Shown piece after piece: positions 21,965 through 32,139 of a DNA stretch of 64,000 nucleotides. Each line of letters opens with the position of its first letter. Position 1 is the stretch's first letter. The stretch is from Candidatus Termititenax sp. GTDB taxonomy: Bacteria > Margulisbacteria > Riflemargulisbacteria > GWF2-35-9 > DYQY01. A model generated the notes under the pieces. That model had not been told where the DNA came from and ran no database searches. It worked only from the letters and a program-made list of their open reading frames with translations. The stretch spans positions 70,437 through 134,436 of the forward strand of contig DYQY01000002.1 of NCBI GenBank assembly GCA_020719045.1, in the 5' to 3' direction. Position numbers and translations under genes: made by a program.

Positions 21965-22555
21965 CTAAAAAATCCAATCAAGCATCTGAGCAAAAAATCC
22001 TTTTTCCTGATCACGAGAAACATTTCCATATCCCTTTAACTTAAGTACAACATTAGAGATTTTGGATGAGTTAATTGAATTATCTGGCAAAATGTCGACT
22101 TTTCGAACAATTCCTTCTAATGAAATCTCTTCTTCCTCGTTATTAATTATAATTGTCTTTGAGCCTCTAATATAAAACTGATTTCCATCAACCTTATAAA
22201 TTGTTGCAGTAAGTGCTCCTTGTAATTTACTAGAGCGACCAGTACTTCCACTTCCAGTGAATCTATTCTCAGCTGAATAGCCAAAACCACCCTGATTATC
22301 AGAAGACTTACCAGTGTCCAAATAACTAGCTGCCTGTGACCAGCTTAAGTCCGCATCACCCTTAATTCCAGTATCTCTTCTAAGTTGAGTATTTGCTTTC
22401 TGACTTGCGATATGATACTCGTCTATATTAATAAGAAGAATATCTCCTACATTCTTTGCCATAACAGAACCATATGGGTTCTGACTTTCTTCATTCCACA
22501 ACGAGCCAGCAAAAAGGAATGAACCTAATATAATTAACAACAAATACTTTTTCAT
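21965..22555 (-). CDS. flgH: Flagellar L-ring protein FlgH. There is no lipobox Cys after the signal peptide.
   Basis: Motif VGDILLINIDE; 196 aa with an N-terminal signal peptide. Confidence 0.75.
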   Translation of the reverse strand: MKKYLLLIILGSFLFAGSLWNEESQNPYGSVMAKNVGDILLINIDEYHIASQKANTQLRRDTGIKGDADLSWSQAASYLDTGKSSDNQGGFGYSAENRFTGSGSTGRSSKLQGALTATIYKVDGNQFYIRGSKTIIINNEEEEISLEGIVRKVDILPDNSINSSKISNVVLKLKGYGNVSRDQEKGFFAQMLDWIF

Positions 22556-22582
22556 TTCCCCCTGCCCCCTTTTCTAAAACAA

Positions 22583-22939
22583 CTATCTGTTAATACTAAC
22601 TATCTGGTTGTCCTCCCCTAAAAGAACTTTCAATGGCGAATAGCCATTTGCTTCAGCTTCTTCCATCATGCCATAAGTCATTATTATTATTACATCACCT
22701 TTTTCAGCAAGCCTTGCTGCTGCACCATTAAGTGTTATCTCTCCTTGTTTATTACCTTTAATCGCATAGGTAATAAACCTTTCACCATTATTTACATTAA
22801 CAACATGCACTTGCTCGTATTCAGAAATATTAGCCTGCTTTAGCAAGTCCTCATAGATGGTGATACTTCCTTCATAAGCAATATTCTTATCCACCACTGT
22901 TGCTCTATGAATTTTTGATTTTAAAATATTTATAAGCAT
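22583..22939 (-). CDS. panD: Aspartate 1-decarboxylase
   Basis: Motifs KSKIHRATVV and GSITI; 118 aa pyruvoyl-enzyme family. Confidence 0.9.
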   Translation of the reverse strand: MLINILKSKIHRATVVDKNIAYEGSITIYEDLLKQANISEYEQVHVVNVNNGERFITYAIKGNKQGEITLNGAAARLAEKGDVIIIMTYGMMEEAEANGYSPLKVLLGEDNQIVSINR

Positions 22940-23640
22940 TAATAAATTTCTACCTCCACATTTTTACTGTCTACAACCCTTGCCTCAAGAGTTTTCCCAG
23001 TCTGCTTATTAAGCACCTTAATTGTACTACCTAAGCTTCCGTTTTTCAACGAAACACCTGGCATTGAAATACTAACCCTACCTACTCTAGAATTTATGCT
23101 ACATTCATCATTAATTTTTATAGCATCTTGCTCCTTTACATCATATTTATAAAAGACATTACCCTTTGTCTTATAAAAAACATTCTCTTTACCAGCTATA
23201 TCTGTAATCTTTCCAATCACTTGCTGTGACACATCTCTAAGCGGTTTCCAATCTAAAACCAACATATCTTTCGAAATAATATCGCCTTTATTTATTACAC
23301 CCATGGCAACCGGGACAAGCACACTAACTTCAAGATAAAAAGGAATCTTTCTTAAAAGCAAGTGATTACTGCCTAACAAATCCAGTTCATTATATCCAAC
23401 ATCATATCTGCTTGGAAAAACCAATTTTCCTTCAGGCATATCTTCAACCTTTACTGAAAAAGTAACAGGCACATCAAGATATGAATAGTAATCACTAATG
23501 CTTGCAGAAAGTTCAGCCTGATTAACAGCTAATGCAAAGGTAAAAATCAAACACAAAAAGCTAAATCTAAGATCTAGCAATTTCTGTAGCTGATTTAAGC
23601 ATATTTTCGCCAGATTGAATTGCTTTTGAAATAACATCAA
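22939..23640 (-). CDS. flgA: Flagellar P-ring assembly chaperone FlgA. The true start is probably downstream, around the TTG near 23580, which would give a clean signal peptide.
   Basis: C-terminal SAF/FlgA domain; as annotated it overlaps the flgG 3' end by 74 nt. Confidence 0.55.
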   Translation of the reverse strand: MMLFQKQFNLAKICLNQLQKLLDLRFSFLCLIFTFALAVNQAELSASISDYYSYLDVPVTFSVKVEDMPEGKLVFPSRYDVGYNELDLLGSNHLLLRKIPFYLEVSVLVPVAMGVINKGDIISKDMLVLDWKPLRDVSQQVIGKITDIAGKENVFYKTKGNVFYKYDVKEQDAIKINDECSINSRVGRVSISMPGVSLKNGSLGSTIKVLNKQTGKTLEARVVDSKNVEVEIY

Positions 23641-24355
23641 ACGCTCTCTGTGTTATAAGCATCTCCATCATGGAGCCTATAATATCAACATTACTTGATT
23701 CAATGGCAAATTGTGAAATAGTACCAAGATTATCCTCACCAGGGTTACTTACCATTGCCTCACCAGAAGCAGCTGTCTGCTTAAATAGGTTGTTTCCAAC
23801 ACTCTCCAGCCCAGCAGGGTTAGTAAACTTTGCAAGCCTTATTTGCCCAACAAACCTTTCTTGAGTTTCTTGGCTCATTGTAATAAACACATTACCATCA
23901 GGAGCAACCCTTACTGTTTTCGTTCCATCTGGAATGGTTATTCCTGGCTCTAAAATATTTCCATTAGGGTCAACCAATTGACCTCTACTATCTAAATTTA
24001 AATTTCCAGCTCTACCGTATGCTACTTCTGAGTTTGGCAACTGAAAAATAAAAAACCCATTACCATTAATTGCTAAATCAAACTCATTATTAGTTACAGA
24101 AATTGTACCTTGGCTAAAATCTTTTGGCGTAGCAACTATTTTAACTCCAGCACCTAACTCAATATTAGATGGTTTATTGAATTCATCCAAGCGCTGTACT
24201 GCTCTATCTAAAACCTGTGGGAAAATATTTTCCATGTCCGTTCTTGTTGACTTGTAACCAATTGTCTTTGAGTTTGAAATATTGTTAGTGATATTTATCA
24301 TATCCTTTTCCAAGGCAGTCATACCTGTTGCACCAACGAAGAATTGTCTAATCAT
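23567..24355 (-). CDS. flgG: Flagellar basal-body distal rod protein FlgG
   Basis: N-terminal rod motif and C-terminal LITQRAFD; 262 aa. Confidence 0.85.
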   Translation of the reverse strand: MIRQFFVGATGMTALEKDMINITNNISNSKTIGYKSTRTDMENIFPQVLDRAVQRLDEFNKPSNIELGAGVKIVATPKDFSQGTISVTNNEFDLAINGNGFFIFQLPNSEVAYGRAGNLNLDSRGQLVDPNGNILEPGITIPDGTKTVRVAPDGNVFITMSQETQERFVGQIRLAKFTNPAGLESVGNNLFKQTAASGEAMVSNPGEDNLGTISQFAIESSNVDIIGSMMEMLITQRAFDVISKAIQSGENMLKSATEIARS

Positions 24356-24444
24356 AAAATACCCCCAGTTTATTATTGAAACGCTAATTCAAATATTAGC
24401 CGCTTTTATATACTCAGACAATAGAAAGAAAAAAAAGTTTCAAA

Positions 24445-24945
24445 TTATTTATAACTAACAACTACAGGAAACTTTTCTACCTCTAATCTATAAATAGCTT
24501 CTGGCCCTAACTCAGAAAAAGCAACACATTCCATCTTCTTTATCCTATCCGCTAAATACGCACCAGCCCCACCAATTGTAGAGAAATAAATAGCATGATT
24601 CGCTCTAATGGAGTTCTTTACTTCCTCTGAACGTTTACCTTTACCAATCATTACCTTTAATCCTTTTTCCAAAAGAAGAGGCGTGAATTTATCCATCCTT
24701 GAACTAGTAGTTGGGCCAGCTGACCCACAAACAACTCCAGCTCTTGCAGGAGTTGGTCCCATATAATAAATAGACGAAAGACTAAAGCCTAAAGATAAAA
24801 GATTTCCTTCTCTTTCAAGTATTTCTATAATCCTCTGATGAGTATTATCTCTAGCAGAATAAATTGTTCCTGACAAATAAACAAACTCACCTAAAGTTAA
24901 ACTACTAATATCTTCATTTGTTAAAGGTAATTTTAATTCTTTCAT
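24445..24945 (-). CDS. Fe-S hydro-lyase (class I fumarate hydratase / L(+)-tartrate dehydratase) beta subunit
   Basis: Fumarase C-terminal-domain family; 166 aa; adjacent to the alpha subunit. Confidence 0.8.
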   Translation of the reverse strand: MKELKLPLTNEDISSLTLGEFVYLSGTIYSARDNTHQRIIEILEREGNLLSLGFSLSSIYYMGPTPARAGVVCGSAGPTTSSRMDKFTPLLLEKGLKVMIGKGKRSEEVKNSIRANHAIYFSTIGGAGAYLADRIKKMECVAFSELGPEAIYRLEVEKFPVVVSYK

Positions 24946-24948
24946 AAT

Positions 24949-25779
24949 CTACAACTTCACAACACAATGCCTTGAACTATGACAACCTACATTTAAAGCA
25001 ACAGGCATAGAAGCAATATGACATGGAGCTATTTCTATAAAAACATCCATGGCAGTTAACTTACCTCCGAACCCACCAACACCTATACCAAGAGAATTAA
25101 CTTCTTCTAAAATCCTCTGCTCTAATAATGAATACCTCTGAACTGAACTTCGCTCACCTATTTTACGAAAAAGAGCTTTTTTGGCTAACATGGCACTTTT
25201 CTCCATATCTCCACCAATACCTATACCAAGTATGAGTGGTGGACAACAGTTCATGCCCTTCTCCTTTATCCTTGCTACAACTTTATCAACAATCCCTTGC
25301 TCACCGTCAGCTGGGTCTAGCATCCATAAAGCAGAAGCATTCTCGCTACCTCCACCCTTTGACATTATTTGTAGCTCAAAACCATCACCATCAACTAGCT
25401 CTACATGCACAATTGCAGGCGTATTATCTTCTGTATTAACTCTATTAATAGGGTCAACTACCACAGACTTTCGAAGATAATTTTCTAAATATCCTTTTTT
25501 TACTGCTATATTAATTGATTCTTCTAAGCTCTTATCTAGTTTTACTTCTACTCCAACTTTAGCAAATACAATAACAATCCCAGTATCCTGACATAAAGCA
25601 ATTTGCTTCTTATTAGCTATATCTGAATTTTCAATTAGTATATTTAAGAAGTCTTTCTCTGGACTATCAACCTTAGCAGTCTTAAAACAACTTAAGATAT
25701 TATCGTCTATCTTAAAGTTAATCTCAGAAACTCTTTTTGAAACAACTTCAATTATTGTATCTGAGTTAATATGTCTCAT
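24949..25779 (-). CDS. Fe-S hydro-lyase (class I fumarate hydratase) alpha subunit
   Basis: CQDTG Fe-S cluster motif; 276 aa. Confidence 0.8.
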   Translation of the reverse strand: MRHINSDTIIEVVSKRVSEINFKIDDNILSCFKTAKVDSPEKDFLNILIENSDIANKKQIALCQDTGIVIVFAKVGVEVKLDKSLEESINIAVKKGYLENYLRKSVVVDPINRVNTEDNTPAIVHVELVDGDGFELQIMSKGGGSENASALWMLDPADGEQGIVDKVVARIKEKGMNCCPPLILGIGIGGDMEKSAMLAKKALFRKIGERSSVQRYSLLEQRILEEVNSLGIGVGGFGGKLTAMDVFIEIAPCHIASMPVALNVGCHSSRHCVVKL

Positions 25780-25781
25780 TT

Positions 25782-26996
25782 TTACATATTACGACATAAT
25801 TCGTCAGAGAATGCAGAAGTAGATAATTCTGTAGCACCATCCATTAACCTTGCAAGATCATAAGTAACTAATTTAGAGGAAATAGTCTTTTCCATTGCAT
25901 TAATTATTAGTTTGCCTGCTTCTTGCCAACCAAGGTAATCAAGCATCATAACTGCAGATAAAATTAGTGAAGATGGATTTACCTTATCGAGATTCGCATA
26001 TTTTGGAGCTGTTCCATGTGTAGCCTCAAATAAAGCTACTCCACTGGAATAATTAATATTAGCACCTGGAGCGATACCAATACCACCAACACAAGCTGCT
26101 AATGCATCAGAAATATAATCACCATTTAAGTTAAGTGTAGCAATAACATCGTAGTCTTCTGGACGTAATAAAATCTGTTGCAAGAATGCATCTGCAATAG
26201 CATCTTTAATCACAATATCTTTACCATTTGTTGGATTCTTTATCTTCATCCATGGACCATTATCAATTAATTCTGCACCAAACTCTTCTTTTGCTACCTG
26301 ATAGCCCCAATCTCTAAAAGCACCTTCAGTAAACTTCATAATATTACCTTTATGAACAATAGTTACAGAGCTTCTGTCTTGTTCTATAGCATAAACAATA
26401 GCAGCTCTAACCAGTCTAGATGTTCCCTCTTTGGAAACAGGTTTAATACCAATACCAGATGATTCTGGAAATCTTATCTTAGTTACTTTCATCTCGTTCT
26501 GTAAGAAGTCGATTACCTTCTTAACCTCTGGAGTACCACAAGCCCATTCAACACCAGCATATATATCTTCTGTGTTTTCTCTAAAGATGACCATATCTGT
26601 AAGCTCTGGTCTCTTAAGTGGAGATGGCACACCTTGAAAATACCTTACTGGCCTTAGACAAACATAAAGGTCTAAAACTTGTCTAAGCGTAACATTCAAA
26701 CTTCTAATACCGCCACCAACAGGAGTTGTAAGTGGTCCTTTAATTGAAACAACATATTCTTCTATCTTCTTAAGTGTATCCTCTGGAAGCCATTCACCTT
26801 TTTCTTTAAGAGCTTTCTCTCCAGCAAATACTTCAAGCCACTCTATTTTCTTGCCAATTTTTGCACAAGCAAAATCAACAACTTGCTTCATTGATTTGGT
26901 AATATCTGCACCAATACCATCGCCTTCGATGTAAGGGATAATAACTTCATCTGGAACTACTAATTTAGAATCTTTTACGACTATCTTACTTGCCAT
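25782..26996 (-). CDS. icd: Isocitrate dehydrogenase (NADP-dependent)
   Basis: 404 aa; the [11 protein letters not shown]-terminus typical of prokaryotic ICDH. Confidence 0.85.
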   Translation of the reverse strand: MASKIVVKDSKLVVPDEVIIPYIEGDGIGADITKSMKQVVDFACAKIGKKIEWLEVFAGEKALKEKGEWLPEDTLKKIEEYVVSIKGPLTTPVGGGIRSLNVTLRQVLDLYVCLRPVRYFQGVPSPLKRPELTDMVIFRENTEDIYAGVEWACGTPEVKKVIDFLQNEMKVTKIRFPESSGIGIKPVSKEGTSRLVRAAIVYAIEQDRSSVTIVHKGNIMKFTEGAFRDWGYQVAKEEFGAELIDNGPWMKIKNPTNGKDIVIKDAIADAFLQQILLRPEDYDVIATLNLNGDYISDALAACVGGIGIAPGANINYSSGVALFEATHGTAPKYANLDKVNPSSLILSAVMMLDYLGWQEAGKLIINAMEKTISSKLVTYDLARLMDGATELSTSAFSDELCRNM

Positions 26997-26998
26997 GA

Positions 26999-29734
26999 CT
27001 ACTTACTCTTTTCTAGCTCTTCAATTGTGCTTCCTAGTTTTTTAATATTATCACCATAAGCTGACCAATTTCCTTGCTTAAGTGATTGCTCTGCGCTCTT
27101 GTAGAAACCTTTTGCCTTGCTTATTAATTCCTTAACAGATGATTTCTGAGGTTTCTCTCCAAGTGGAGTATCTTTATCAGCAACCTTTGATGTTGGTATT
27201 TCTAATTGTAAAACTTTTGCTAAAGCTTCCTCAAATGTTGATTCCATTGCTAAACTATTCTTATAAGCTACAATTACCCTTTTAAGTTCTGGAAACTTGG
27301 ATTGAGTTGCCTGTAAATAAATTGGCTCAACATATAAAAATGTATTACTAATTGGGATAACTAATAGATTACCTCTTATTACTCTTGAACCAAGCTGTCC
27401 CCACAATGTAAGCTGTTGAGAAATCTCGGTATCTTGGTCAATTCTAGATTCAATCTGCATTGGACCATAGATAAGCTGTTCCTTTGGCAGTTTATACACT
27501 GTTATCTCTCCATACTTCTCAGGGTCACAATTCGCACTCATCCAACCAATCATATTGTTTTTCTTAGCAGGAGTAAAAGGAGTCATTAGCCTAAAGGTTA
27601 GTGACTTATCTTCTGGTAGCTTCATATTTACAAAATATGGCTCAACAGGTCTTGCTTCGTTATCATATGTTTCATTTGGGATTACCCAAAGGTCTTCCTG
27701 ATTATAGAAAACTTGAGGCTCTGTCATATGGTAAGAAGAATACATTTTCGCTTGGATAGAAAATAAGTCTACAGGGTAACGGAAATGTGCTACAAATTCC
27801 TTACCTAATTCACTTACTGGCTTAAATAAGTCTGGAAATATTTTACTGTACGCCATAATTAAAGGCTCTTTATCCACTATATAGAAGTCCGTTTTACCAG
27901 TGTAAGCGTTAACAATAACCTTAACTGAGTTCCTAATATAATTGTATTGCGCATAGAAAGGATCAGAGTATGGATATCTATCAGAAATCGTATAGGCATC
28001 CAAGAACCAATATAGCTGACCATTAACAACAACTGAATATGGATCTTTATCATAGACTAGAAATGGTGCTATTTTTCTAACTCTAGTCATAATGTTTCTA
28101 TCAAAAAGAACTTTACTGTCAGGCTTAATGTATTCAGAAATCAGTAGTTTAAAATCATTAAACTTTATAGCAAATACCATCTTCTTCCATAAACTATCAA
28201 GCTTAATTCCTTTATCACCAGCATAGTTTGAGTATTGGTTGTTCTCTCCTGATGGGTAATCAAATTCTTTTGCAGAAGTATTGGTTATTATGTATTTATT
28301 GGTAGACTCTCCAAAATAAATTGCTAAATTATCCATTTTCAAATCAATATTAGACTTATGAGGGATATCATAAACATAAAACTCAGGAAGCCCTTCTCTT
28401 GAAATCTTATTAACTGGCATCATAACTAATCCATAACCATGAGTATATGTAAGCTTCTGATTAATCCAGTTCTGTGCCCTCACTGGAAGCTTATCAGCAT
28501 CTAGTTCTCTTGCTGAAACCATGACCTGTTGATACTTTCCATTTATCCAATATCTATCTATATCTACATCATTAAAATCATAATATAAACGTATTTCCTG
28601 CAACTGAGACAATGTTTGCAACAATGGTCTTGTGTCCCATAACCTAACATTTTCAATTGTCTCAACATTACTCTTGATATCTTTAGCTGAGAGGTTCTCT
28701 GCAATAGTAATGTCTCTTTCAAATACCTTATCTAAACCGTATGCTTTTCTAGTGTAATTAATACTATGTTGGATATATGGTCTTTCTTTTTCAATCTCAT
28801 TTGGTTTAACAATAAACTGACTCATAAGCGCAGGATATACTCCACGCATAACCAGATAAATAACTATAAGAACAACAAAAGCAACAATTGGTAAAGTAAC
28901 AGACTGTCTAAAAATATTAAATAAAAATAAACCAGCAATGATAATCGCTATCCCTACTAGCCATTTAATACCTATAAGCTGAGCATGTACATCTGTATAG
29001 CCAGCACCATACACAATTCCAGAAGGTGAAAAAAGCATATCATACATACCAAGCTGATAGCCCCAAGCAATAAGCCCAAACAGAAAAGCAAACAGAATAC
29101 TAAAATGGATTCTTACTCCTGGATGAACCATAATACTTAATCCCTTTAAAGAGAAAGCTTTATAATGAGCGTAAATCAGCCCAGAAGCTACCATAACTGA
29201 AACCAAAATACCGAATAACCAACTTTTAATTACTAAGAAGAATGGAAAGGAAAAGAAATAAAAGCTTACATCTTTATTAAATATTGGGTCAGTTGCACCA
29301 AATTGTTGTTGGTTTAGATATAAAAGCAATTTGTCCCACTGAATAATCCAAACAGAACTTACTACCATACCAACAACTAAGGAAACAATCAGAGGCATCC
29401 AAGCCACTACCCTTAACTTACCTACTATTGAAAAAATATTAACTTGTGAAAAAATATCAAATTTTCTACTTTCAGAAGTTACAACCTCTGGTTCTTTTAA
29501 AATTTTTCTTCTAATAAAAATAGCTAAATAAATATTAATTAATACAACAAGTGCAGCAACTAATGATAGTGCTAAGAAAACTACCCACTTACTAAGTAAC
29601 ATTTTAATAAAAACATCTTGATAACCTAAATCAAAATGCCATAAATATTCTGGGTATAGATTAATAAGCCCTTTTATTAATGGAATTCCAAAGAAAAAAA
29701 CTGCTAACGCAACGTAGGTGTAGATTATATTCAT
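26999..29734 (-). CDS. UPF0182 family membrane protein
   Basis: 911 aa; multi-TM N-terminus with a [13 protein letters not shown] motif and a large extracytoplasmic domain. Confidence 0.55.
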   Translation of the reverse strand: MNIIYTYVALAVFFFGIPLIKGLINLYPEYLWHFDLGYQDVFIKMLLSKWVVFLALSLVAALVVLINIYLAIFIRRKILKEPEVVTSESRKFDIFSQVNIFSIVGKLRVVAWMPLIVSLVVGMVVSSVWIIQWDKLLLYLNQQQFGATDPIFNKDVSFYFFSFPFFLVIKSWLFGILVSVMVASGLIYAHYKAFSLKGLSIMVHPGVRIHFSILFAFLFGLIAWGYQLGMYDMLFSPSGIVYGAGYTDVHAQLIGIKWLVGIAIIIAGLFLFNIFRQSVTLPIVAFVVLIVIYLVMRGVYPALMSQFIVKPNEIEKERPYIQHSINYTRKAYGLDKVFERDITIAENLSAKDIKSNVETIENVRLWDTRPLLQTLSQLQEIRLYYDFNDVDIDRYWINGKYQQVMVSARELDADKLPVRAQNWINQKLTYTHGYGLVMMPVNKISREGLPEFYVYDIPHKSNIDLKMDNLAIYFGESTNKYIITNTSAKEFDYPSGENNQYSNYAGDKGIKLDSLWKKMVFAIKFNDFKLLISEYIKPDSKVLFDRNIMTRVRKIAPFLVYDKDPYSVVVNGQLYWFLDAYTISDRYPYSDPFYAQYNYIRNSVKVIVNAYTGKTDFYIVDKEPLIMAYSKIFPDLFKPVSELGKEFVAHFRYPVDLFSIQAKMYSSYHMTEPQVFYNQEDLWVIPNETYDNEARPVEPYFVNMKLPEDKSLTFRLMTPFTPAKKNNMIGWMSANCDPEKYGEITVYKLPKEQLIYGPMQIESRIDQDTEISQQLTLWGQLGSRVIRGNLLVIPISNTFLYVEPIYLQATQSKFPELKRVIVAYKNSLAMESTFEEALAKVLQLEIPTSKVADKDTPLGEKPQKSSVKELISKAKGFYKSAEQSLKQGNWSAYGDNIKKLGSTIEELEKSK

Positions 29735-29805
29735 AGTAATCTATAGTATAGAATATGAAGCGAAATAATCAAACTTGTTTCTTCATTTTTCTTTATTATT
29801 CACCC

Positions 29806-29850
29806 TTCCGTCTCAGCTTCACTGAGCCACCTTCCCTTGAAAAGGGAAGG
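29806..29850. other. Tandem stem-loops CTCAG-cttca-CTGAG and CCTTCCC-ttgaaaa-GGGAAGG between the UPF0182 start and the fic stop.
   Basis: Perfect inverted repeats read directly; GC-rich relative to the flanks. Confidence 0.5.
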
Positions 29851-29851
29851 A

Positions 29852-30772
29852 TTATTTTATTATGATTAGTTTTAATCCCACAAGGATTCCTTCAATAATA
29901 AGCGCAGTTAATGGAACAACATCTTCGTGTATCTGACTTTTTTCTAATGCTTCGTAATATCTAATCTTCTTGTCTTGCTCAATAATAGACGGCGGGTAAT
30001 TATTTATAAGAAGTATAGCTTGTAATAACAATCTACCTATTCTGCCATTACCATCACCAAAAGGATGAATTTGTTCAAACCTACTATGGATCTTTGCGCA
30101 ATGATTAAAGAAACTATCTGTTAAACTATTGATATCAACAATTAACTCATCCATTAATGTGGGAACTTTCATATAATTAGCAGTAACTGTTCTAGACCCA
30201 ACTATCCTTACCGGATGATTACGATACAAACCTGCATCCTCTAAAATGCCATTCATCAATATCGAATGTAGTTTCAAAATAAACTTTTCATCTATCCTAA
30301 AATTTCCTTCTGCTATTTGTTTTAACAAAAAATTCCAAGCAGTTTGATGATTCTTTGCTTCTAATTGCTCTAGTAAACTTTTGTTGACTGTTTGATTTTC
30401 AAACAAAATAGCTTGTGTTTCTCTCATTGTAAGAGTGCTACCTTCTATTTTATCAGTGTGATAGGTAAGAGATAAAACTAATGACTCTCTAATATCTTTA
30501 AACTTATTAATAAGTTCTAGAAAGTTACTATTTTTTCTTGCTTCTTCAATCAAATCTAACCTAGCATCATTAATCGATACTGCAGGGGCTTTGCCTATGG
30601 TCTTTGTGTATTCATTTAGTATCTGGTTCTGTTTCGACTTACGTGGAACAGACTTTCCATTTAACCAACTGTTCATTGATGGGAAGCTAACACCAAACTT
30701 ATCAGCAAGTTGCTGTTGTGTTAAGTCGAGATATTCTTGTAATAAGTTAAGTTGTTGTAAATAATCCATCAT
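29852..30772 (-). CDS. Fic family protein with an N-terminal HTH and an intramolecular inhibitory TxxxEG motif
   Basis: Canonical Fic motif HPFGDGNGRIGR; TDKIEG inhibitory-helix motif; XRE-like N-terminus. Confidence 0.85.
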   Translation of the reverse strand: MMDYLQQLNLLQEYLDLTQQQLADKFGVSFPSMNSWLNGKSVPRKSKQNQILNEYTKTIGKAPAVSINDARLDLIEEARKNSNFLELINKFKDIRESLVLSLTYHTDKIEGSTLTMRETQAILFENQTVNKSLLEQLEAKNHQTAWNFLLKQIAEGNFRIDEKFILKLHSILMNGILEDAGLYRNHPVRIVGSRTVTANYMKVPTLMDELIVDINSLTDSFFNHCAKIHSRFEQIHPFGDGNGRIGRLLLQAILLINNYPPSIIEQDKKIRYYEALEKSQIHEDVVPLTALIIEGILVGLKLIIIK

Positions 30773-30786
30773 TATTTAATGATAGC

Positions 30787-30826
30787 AAACTTTATAAAGA
30801 ATTGAAATATTTAAAACTTTATAAAG
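30787..30826. promoter_or_regulatory. Two copies of the 13-bp direct repeat AAACTTTATAAAG (30787-30799 and 30814-30826) in the fic upstream region. Candidate operator.
   Basis: Exact 13/13 direct repeat with 27-bp start-to-start spacing, immediately upstream of the fic start. Confidence 0.4.
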
Positions 30827-30834
30827 CTACAAAA

Positions 30835-31137
30835 CTATTTCTTTTTAAGTTTCTTTGGTTTTGGTAAAGGCACCTCATCAGCCGTTAGCCGGATAAGTTC
30901 ACAAAGCCAATCTCTACCATCGATTCTATCACCGATTAAGAAATAGTTCTTCGACCCTGGATATGGCGGTTCTTCAGTTACTTCTTCTAAATACTCTCTT
31001 CCAGCAATAGTAGGTTTTACATACAGTTGATTATCACAATACATGGCGTATTCACCAAACATTTTACGAAAGAAAACACCTCTCATATCTGAAAGCTGTT
31101 CTTCTAAATATTCTATAAAATCATGATCTGTGGACAT
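30835..31137 (-). CDS. TfoX/Sxy N-terminal domain protein
   Basis: 100 aa; FGEYAMYCDNQLYVKP resembles the TfoX_N family. Confidence 0.55.
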   Translation of the reverse strand: MSTDHDFIEYLEEQLSDMRGVFFRKMFGEYAMYCDNQLYVKPTIAGREYLEEVTEEPPYPGSKNYFLIGDRIDGRDWLCELIRLTADEVPLPKPKKLKKK

Positions 31138-31149
31138 GTGAGTTAGAAA

Positions 31150-32127
31150 CTAAACTAAACCTTCTGTTTCATCAAAACCAAACATTACGTTCATGTTCTG
31201 AATAGCTTGGCCAGAAGCACCTTTAGTAAGGTTATCAATAACACTCACCATTATAAAATTACCTTCTTTTGTTCCTTTATATAATTTAAATACACATTTA
31301 TTAGTCCAAGCAACATCAGATACTTTTGGGTCGCCATCTTTTAAAAAGTTCACAAATGTTTCACCCTTATAAAAGTTTTCTAAAATAGACTGCAACTCTT
31401 CTAGTGAACTCTTAGACTTAAAATAAATAGTAGAAAGAATCCCACGATCTATTGGCAATAAATGAGGAGTAAATTCAATCTTCGCATCCAAGTAAGTTTC
31501 CATCTCTATCTGATGACGATGACTACTGATTCCATATGCTTTAAAATCTGCTAATTCTATAAAAGCCTTCATCTGCTCTTCAACTTTAACGCCTGCACCA
31601 GATACGCCACTGGAAGAGTCTGAAATAATATCTGACACTTTATCCTTAATAGGAATCATAGGAAGTAAAACAGATGTTACATAGCAACCAGGGTTACCGA
31701 TTAGATTCGCTTTTGCTACTTCTTTACGATATACCTCTGTAAGGCCATACACTGCTTCACTACATAGCTCTGGTGAAGTATGTTTAGGATACTTCTTTTC
31801 ATATACTACTGGGTCAGCAAAACGGAAATCAGCACTAAGGTCTACAACCTTAATATTATTAGCTAATAACTCTTTAGCAAACTGCATTGATGTTCCATGT
31901 GGAGTTGCTAAAAATACCAAATCAATCTTAAGCGATTTCATCTTCTCTATAGAATATTCTTCTAAAACCAAATCACTATCAAGCGTAGGATATAAGCTCT
32001 TTATAGCTATACCAGCTTGACTAGTAGAGGTGATGCAAATAACTTTTGCCTGCTTGTGTTTATTAAGCAGTCTAATAAGCTCTGAACCCGTGTAACCTGT
32101 TGCTCCAACAATTGCTATATTTTTCAT
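31150..32127 (-). CDS. argC: N-acetyl-gamma-glutamyl-phosphate reductase. The ORF as listed extends to 32328; the start is likely the Met in MKNIAIVGATGYTG.
   Basis: Rossmann N-terminus IAIVGATGYTG and catalytic Cys region GNPGCYVT. Confidence 0.85.
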   Translation of the reverse strand: MKNIAIVGATGYTGSELIRLLNKHKQAKVICITSTSQAGIAIKSLYPTLDSDLVLEEYSIEKMKSLKIDLVFLATPHGTSMQFAKELLANNIKVVDLSADFRFADPVVYEKKYPKHTSPELCSEAVYGLTEVYRKEVAKANLIGNPGCYVTSVLLPMIPIKDKVSDIISDSSSGVSGAGVKVEEQMKAFIELADFKAYGISSHRHQIEMETYLDAKIEFTPHLLPIDRGILSTIYFKSKSSLEELQSILENFYKGETFVNFLKDGDPKVSDVAWTNKCVFKLYKGTKEGNFIMVSVIDNLTKGASGQAIQNMNVMFGFDETEGLV

Positions 32128-32139
32128 AATACGAAAGTA

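Noticed and set aside
24356-24444. Sigma-54 or sigma-28 promoter upstream of the flagellar operon
   Set aside because: No TGGCAC-N5-TTGC or TAAA-N15-GCCGATAA match was found, only weak sigma70-like hexamers. The promoter class is left unassigned.
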